DNA of 64,000 nucleotides from Oscillospiraceae bacterium (lineage in GTDB: Bacteria; Bacillota; Clostridia; Oscillospirales; Oscillospiraceae). The stretch spans positions 53,225 to 117,224 of the forward strand of contig JAFSCK010000023.1 of assembly GCA_017436785.1 (NCBI GenBank). The letters are read 5' to 3'. Positions 59,341 to 64,000 of the stretch are shown here, piece after piece. The position numbers were made by a program, and so were the translations under genes. The notes beneath the pieces are model-generated. The model saw only the letters and a list, made by a program, of their open reading frames with translations, was not told the DNA's origin and made no database searches. Each line of letters opens with the position of its first letter. Position 1 is the stretch's first letter.

Positions 59341-61617
59341 GTGTTATACAGATGTACCTTTGACAGGAAAATCTATGTAAATCCAACCAACAGGTACTGT
59401 ATCATCCAGGTAAGAACCAAAGACACCGATATCCCAAGAGAAGCACAATCCAAAAACCAATACCGTGACCGGCAGATTCGGTTTACGGCGGTAGGACATG
59501 ACCTTCCCCTCACCGATGCGGTTGAAATAGAGGTGGAGGGTGAGTGGATGAAGGGTAAGTATGGGGTTCAGTTTCAGGTAGACCAATGGCATGAGATCGT
59601 GCCGCCTACCATGGAGGGGCTTCGTACCTATTTGGGCTCCGGATTGATCAAAGGCATCGGTCCCGCCACGGCAGCGGAGATCGTTGCAAAGTTCGGAATG
59701 GATGCACTGGAAGTTCTGGAAAAGACCCCAGAGCGTTATCTGGAGATCCGGGGAATTACCCAGACCAAACTGGATGAGATCAAAAGCTCCTATGCCCAGA
59801 CCCGGGTGCTGCAGGACATCATCACGCTGCTGGAACCCTTCAAGCTGACCCCAAAGACAGCTCTGAAGATTTACCAGTACCTTGGCCCCACAAGTGTTGA
59901 GATTTTGAAAAGAAGTCCTTTTGAACTGTGCCAGATTCCGGGCTTCGGTTTCAGGCGGGTAGATGCCATTGTTCTGAAAACCAACAGTAACCTCCATGAC
60001 CCCATGCGGATCAAGGGTGCGGTCATCTGCGCTCTGGATGATGCCAGGGGGACGGACGGGCATTTGTATCTTGAACGGGAGAATCTTGTTCAGGAGACTT
60101 ATAAGATGCTCAATGAGAAGATTCCTTTGAAACAGCATCACGTTTCCAAAGAGGAAATCGACTCCATGCTGGACAATCTGATCCTGGATGGTGTGATCGT
60201 ATCCTCCAATGACAATCTGTATCTGCCCAGAGTCTTTGCACAAGAAGAGGAAGTTGCCCGGCAGATCGTTCATAGGGTGCTGGAAAAGCCTCCTCTTGAA
60301 AATGTGGTGCCCGTTCTGGAAAATGTAAAAAAGGACTTTAATATTAAGTTATCCTCCAAGCAGGAGCAGGCTGTTAAGGAAGCCTTCCGATACAATCTGT
60401 CTGTCATTACTGGTTCACCCGGTACTGGCAAAACTACGGTACTGAAAACCATTCTGGAAGTTTACCGAAGACTCCATCCGGGAAATAAGATCCTCCTTAT
60501 GGCGCCTACCGGCCGTGCCAGCCGCCGTATGGCGGAAAGCACAGGGTTTAAGGATGCCAGAACCATTCACAGTATTTTGGGACTGGTCAGTGAAGAGGAG
60601 GAAGCCGGACGGAAAAAGGAAGAGCAGCGGAAGGTGGATGCCCAGCTGATCGTGATTGACGAGTTCTCCATGGTGGATATGTGGCTGGCAAACCAGCTGT
60701 TCTCCAAGCTGCCAGAGAACATCAAGATCGTTCTGGTCGGTGACCCGGATCAGCTTCCAAGTGTGGGTGCCGGTAATGTATTTGCGGAAATCATCTCCTG
60801 CGGTGTTGTGCCTGTCACGGTACTCAATGAGATCTTCCGCCAGGCAAAGGACAGTCTGATCGCCTATAATGCCCGGTTTATCAATTCGGGAAATACCAAG
60901 CTGTACTATGGCAATGACTTTGTGTTCATCAACGCAAAGGGTCAGCAGCAGGTGGCGGATATCCTCATGGAAAGCTACTGCATGGAGGTTGCGGAGCACG
61001 GTATTGAGCATGTACAGATCCTGTCGCCCTTCCGTTCGAGAGGGGAGGCGTCTGTGGAACAGATCAATGCCACCATCCGGGAGATTATCAACCCCTTTCA
61101 GTCTGAGGATACGCAGCATCGGGTCGGGATGGTTACCTTCCGTACAGGAGACCGGATCATGCAGACCCAGAATACAGATAAGGTTTCCAACGGTGACCTG
61201 GGATTTATCCGGTATATCCGCAAGGATGCCAGTGGCACACATTTCGGTGTGGACTTCGGTGACGGAAGAAAGCTGGAATACAGTATTGAAGAAGCCATGA
61301 AGATGGAGCATGCCTATTCCACGACCATCCACAAAAGCATGGGTTCGGAATACGATATCGTTCTGATTCCTCTTGTAAAGGCTCACAGCATTATGCTGTA
61401 CCGGAATCTTCTGTACACTGCCATTACGAGAGCCAAGAAGAAGGTGATCCTGGTGGGAGAAAAGAATGTTCTGTATATGGCCATTCATAAGAATGAGATC
61501 ACGAAGCGAAATACCCGACTGGGAGAACGAATCCTGCTGCATTATAAGGCTCAGGCTAAGAGCAAGGGAATCCCGTTCCCGGCAGTCCTGGATGAAAAAC
61601 TGAAAAAAGCCAGTTAA
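59341..61617 (+). CDS. recD2: RecD2-like SF1B helicase
   Basis: IKGIGP HhH, GSPGTGKT, APTGRA, DEFSM, GDPDQLPSVG, TIHKSMGSE. Confidence 0.92.
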   Translation: MLYRCTFDRKIYVNPTNRYCIIQVRTKDTDIPREAQSKNQYRDRQIRFTAVGHDLPLTDAVEIEVEGEWMKGKYGVQFQVDQWHEIVPPTMEGLRTYLGSGLIKGIGPATAAEIVAKFGMDALEVLEKTPERYLEIRGITQTKLDEIKSSYAQTRVLQDIITLLEPFKLTPKTALKIYQYLGPTSVEILKRSPFELCQIPGFGFRRVDAIVLKTNSNLHDPMRIKGAVICALDDARGTDGHLYLERENLVQETYKMLNEKIPLKQHHVSKEEIDSMLDNLILDGVIVSSNDNLYLPRVFAQEEEVARQIVHRVLEKPPLENVVPVLENVKKDFNIKLSSKQEQAVKEAFRYNLSVITGSPGTGKTTVLKTILEVYRRLHPGNKILLMAPTGRASRRMAESTGFKDARTIHSILGLVSEEEEAGRKKEEQRKVDAQLIVIDEFSMVDMWLANQLFSKLPENIKIVLVGDPDQLPSVGAGNVFAEIISCGVVPVTVLNEIFRQAKDSLIAYNARFINSGNTKLYYGNDFVFINAKGQQQVADILMESYCMEVAEHGIEHVQILSPFRSRGEASVEQINATIREIINPFQSEDTQHRVGMVTFRTGDRIMQTQNTDKVSNGDLGFIRYIRKDASGTHFGVDFGDGRKLEYSIEEAMKMEHAYSTTIHKSMGSEYDIVLIPLVKAHSIMLYRNLLYTAITRAKKKVILVGEKNVLYMAIHKNEITKRNTRLGERILLHYKAQAKSKGIPFPAVLDEKLKKAS

Positions 61618-61684
61618 GACGGAGTGCAATGTGCAGAAAAAGCGCAGTGTATTCCGTATTTCTATTTATGGAAGGAGAATTCAA

Positions 61685-62992
61685 ATGAGTAAAAATGATT
61701 CCGTATCGAGTATGTACGAGCGCATCCCCGCAGTAGCTGCCCTGAACAATGTTCCGGGCTTTGATCCTGTAAAGCTGCTTCGCAAAACGGTTTCCAGTAA
61801 AACAAGGGAGCCTGTTCTGAAGCTGTATCTGCCCTATAAGAAGCTGTGGTTCCGTCTTTTGTATCCCAACGGACGCATCAAGCTGAACCGGCTGCGCATG
61901 ACAGACCAGGTTGCCATTTACGAAGCCCAGGTATTTCTGGACAGAACGGATGTGGAGCCTATCTCCAGCTTTACCGCCTGCTGTACAAAGGAAGAATCCC
62001 CCAACGGACGGTATCTTCAGGATGCACAGGATGAAGCAACGGATGAAGCGCTGACGGCTGCCGGTTTCGGCCTGCAGTTTGCGGATATCTCCATGACCAG
62101 AGAGCAGAAACGCTTTGGCAGTGAGTTTCCTGTGGATGCTTCCGTTGCTGCTGCTGCGGCCCCTGCAATGGTGCAGACTCCTGTAAAGAATACAGCGGCA
62201 ACCGTGCCAAAACAGCCTGCTAAAACAGCTGCACCGAAGTCTGTTCAGGCACCTGCACAGAAAACGCCAGCTCCGCAGCAAACCACAGCTGCAAGACCGA
62301 ATCCTGCGGCGGTGGCGGCTGGTCAGGTCAGAAAGCAGATGCCCAATCCTCCTGCTGTGAATCCTGCTCAGAAGCATGCTCAGTCTGCTATGCAACCTTC
62401 TGCAAATACACCTCAGAGAACGGTAACAGCGCCTGTTACTCAGAAAGCCACAGTTCCTCCTGTAGCTAACCCTGTAATGACGGCCAATCCCGCACAGCCT
62501 GCAGTACATATCGAACAGGTAATAGTACCCGAGGAACCTGTAAAGGTATCTGCGGCACAGCCTGCGGTAACCGTGGAAGCGCCTGCATCCGTGGTTCAGA
62601 GTACCGTAACCCAGAATATGCCCATGGCAGTGGAGCCTAAGCAGGTCAATGAGGCGCAGAATGCCTTTGCTGTCCTGCAGGGGAATTTTGGAAAGCCTGC
62701 GGCGCCTGCTCCTACGGAGGCTCCCGCAGAAGTACCCTCCATGCAGACTGTCAGAAACTACAATTCCCAGACTCCCGTTGAGGAGATCATGAAGCAGATG
62801 ACAGTGGAGGAAGCAAGAAATGTTCGTGTGGAATCCGGTACCTGTGTAGGCATGACACTTGGGGAAGTGGCTGATAAGCGCGCCCCCATTCTGCGGTTCT
62901 ATACCGGTGGCGGATATAAGGGTAAGGATAATATCTTCCTGGCTGCAGCGAAAATTGTGCAGCAGTCTCTGGAACTTCCGAAAGCAGGCTGA
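61685..62992 (+). CDS. Putative Rad52/Sak-like single-strand annealing protein with a long Pro/Ala/Gln linker
   Basis: YL..KKLWFRL..P.GRI..EAQVFLD..A.DEALTAAGFG resembles the Rad52-like core; context next to YqaJ. Confidence 0.55.
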   Translation: MSKNDSVSSMYERIPAVAALNNVPGFDPVKLLRKTVSSKTREPVLKLYLPYKKLWFRLLYPNGRIKLNRLRMTDQVAIYEAQVFLDRTDVEPISSFTACCTKEESPNGRYLQDAQDEATDEALTAAGFGLQFADISMTREQKRFGSEFPVDASVAAAAAPAMVQTPVKNTAATVPKQPAKTAAPKSVQAPAQKTPAPQQTTAARPNPAAVAAGQVRKQMPNPPAVNPAQKHAQSAMQPSANTPQRTVTAPVTQKATVPPVANPVMTANPAQPAVHIEQVIVPEEPVKVSAAQPAVTVEAPASVVQSTVTQNMPMAVEPKQVNEAQNAFAVLQGNFGKPAAPAPTEAPAEVPSMQTVRNYNSQTPVEEIMKQMTVEEARNVRVESGTCVGMTLGEVADKRAPILRFYTGGGYKGKDNIFLAAAKIVQQSLELPKAG

Positions 62993-63042
62993 TAGCCAAG
63001 GGCATCAGCCTTACTGACCAGTAAGGGAAGGAGGTGCGGCGG

Positions 63043-64000
63043 ATGGCCTCGATATCACATGATTTTCCCTTTGGGATCATGGATGTGGTGCAGCTGCTGC
63101 ATTTGAAAGTCCGGCGTCGTCAGGTAAACAGTGCCTATGTTGACTGCCCGTTTTGCAACGATTACCGGGGCAAGATGAATGTCAATTACGCAAAGGACGC
63201 CTGGCGGTGCAACTACTGCGGAGAGTCGGGAGGTATGCTGGCTCTCTATGCGAGAATGAACAACACCACCACATCGGATGCCTATCGGGAGATCTGTGAT
63301 GCGCTTCAGACGGGAGAATATTATGATCCCGGCGTGTCATCTGAGACCATCCGATCCGGGAGCACCTGCGGGAGCTCCCGGTCATCCGGTGCCAAGAATG
63401 AAACGGCTGGGGAACTGTCCATAGTTCCCCAGTCAGAAAAAGCCACTCCACAGCAGGTGCATCAGACACTGTCGCTGCTGTTTGACATGCTGTCATTGCG
63501 GCAGGTTCACAGGACACATCTGAAATCCAGAAAGCGGGGATTATCGGAGGAACAGATCCAGATGTATGGCTTCAAAAGCACACCGCCCTATTTTCTCTGC
63601 AGGTCTCTGACGGAACGGCTGATAAAGCAGGGGTGTACCGTACAGGGCGTTCCTGGCTTTTATATGGACAAAAACGGAAACTGGACCGTGAACTTCAGCG
63701 ACTATACTTCGGGGATTCTGATCCCCGCTGTTGGCATTGACGGCCTGATTCACGGCGCTCAGATCCTGCTGGATAAGCCCATGAAGAATAAGGATGATCC
63801 TCCGGACAAGCCTGGTGCCAAGTATATCTGGTTTTCCTCTTCCAACAAACATATGGGAACCGGCTCCGGAAGTCCATTGCTGTTTTTGGGTGATCTCTCA
63901 GCCAATACCGTATACATAACAGAAGGTCTTTTGAAAGCATACATTTCCCATGCTCTGATGCACCGAACCATTGCAGCTACGGCCGGTGCCAACAATACGG
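63043..64000 (+). CDS. Primase-like protein (Zn finger + DUF3854/Toprim-like), partial
   Basis: Manual translation MASISHDFPF..DCPFC..WRCNYCGESGG..GVPGFY..YITEG.LKA; runs off the right edge. Confidence 0.8.
   Translation, partial: MASISHDFPFGIMDVVQLLHLKVRRRQVNSAYVDCPFCNDYRGKMNVNYAKDAWRCNYCGESGGMLALYARMNNTTTSDAYREICDALQTGEYYDPGVSSETIRSGSTCGSSRSSGAKNETAGELSIVPQSEKATPQQVHQTLSLLFDMLSLRQVHRTHLKSRKRGLSEEQIQMYGFKSTPPYFLCRSLTERLIKQGCTVQGVPGFYMDKNGNWTVNFSDYTSGILIPAVGIDGLIHGAQILLDKPMKNKDDPPDKPGAKYIWFSSSNKHMGTGSGSPLLFLGDLSANTVYITEGLLKAYISHALMHRTIAATAGANNT

Larger units (their letters stand above)
53907..64000. mobile_element. Left part of an integrative element (ICE/IME-like) at tRNA-Leu
   Basis: int, xis, XRE regulators, YqaJ, RecD2, annealase, primase; right end and any transfer genes lie outside the window. 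Confidence 0.85.

Noticed and set aside
61556-62509. 317-aa Arg/Cys-rich antisense ORF
   Set aside because: Shadow of the Pro/Ala/Gln linker

Overview
Chromosomal window from a spore-forming clostridial Firmicute; gene content and protein style suggest Oscillospiraceae/Ruminococcaceae (inference). Bases 1-53.9 kb are mostly core genes: aroF (partial), pcrA, ispE, spoIIR, addB-addA, spoVAD-spoVAE, pheS-pheT with a Phe T-box, an M32 peptidase, nnrD, mazF, a comEA-RR-HK-GerMN-xth operon, UDG, an ECF sigma/anti-sigma pair, two heterodimeric ABC exporter pairs, asnA, metY-metA, ald, and four tRNAs (Thr-CGT, Ser-GCT, Ser-TGA, Leu-CAG). From about 53.9 kb to the end lies the left part of an integrative element beside tRNA-Leu: integrase, excisionase, two XRE regulators, a SLOG protein, YqaJ nuclease, RecD2, a Rad52-like annealase and a primase-like gene. 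Features the ORF track misses or does not explain: (1) a Phe/Tyr-rich leader-peptide attenuator controlling DAHP synthase; (2) a membrane-anchored pseudokinase-FN3 protein divergent from a Zn-ribbon/TM/Ig protein; (3) a 35-aa Asn/Gln micropeptide after spoVAE; (4) a DD-carboxypeptidase homologue with all three catalytic motifs changed; (5) an orphan MazF; (6) a leader-peptide attenuator on an ABC exporter pair; (7) terminator-containing structured leaders with boxA-like motifs and shared operators in the integrative element. All family assignments come from reading motifs by eye; no searches or folding programs were run.
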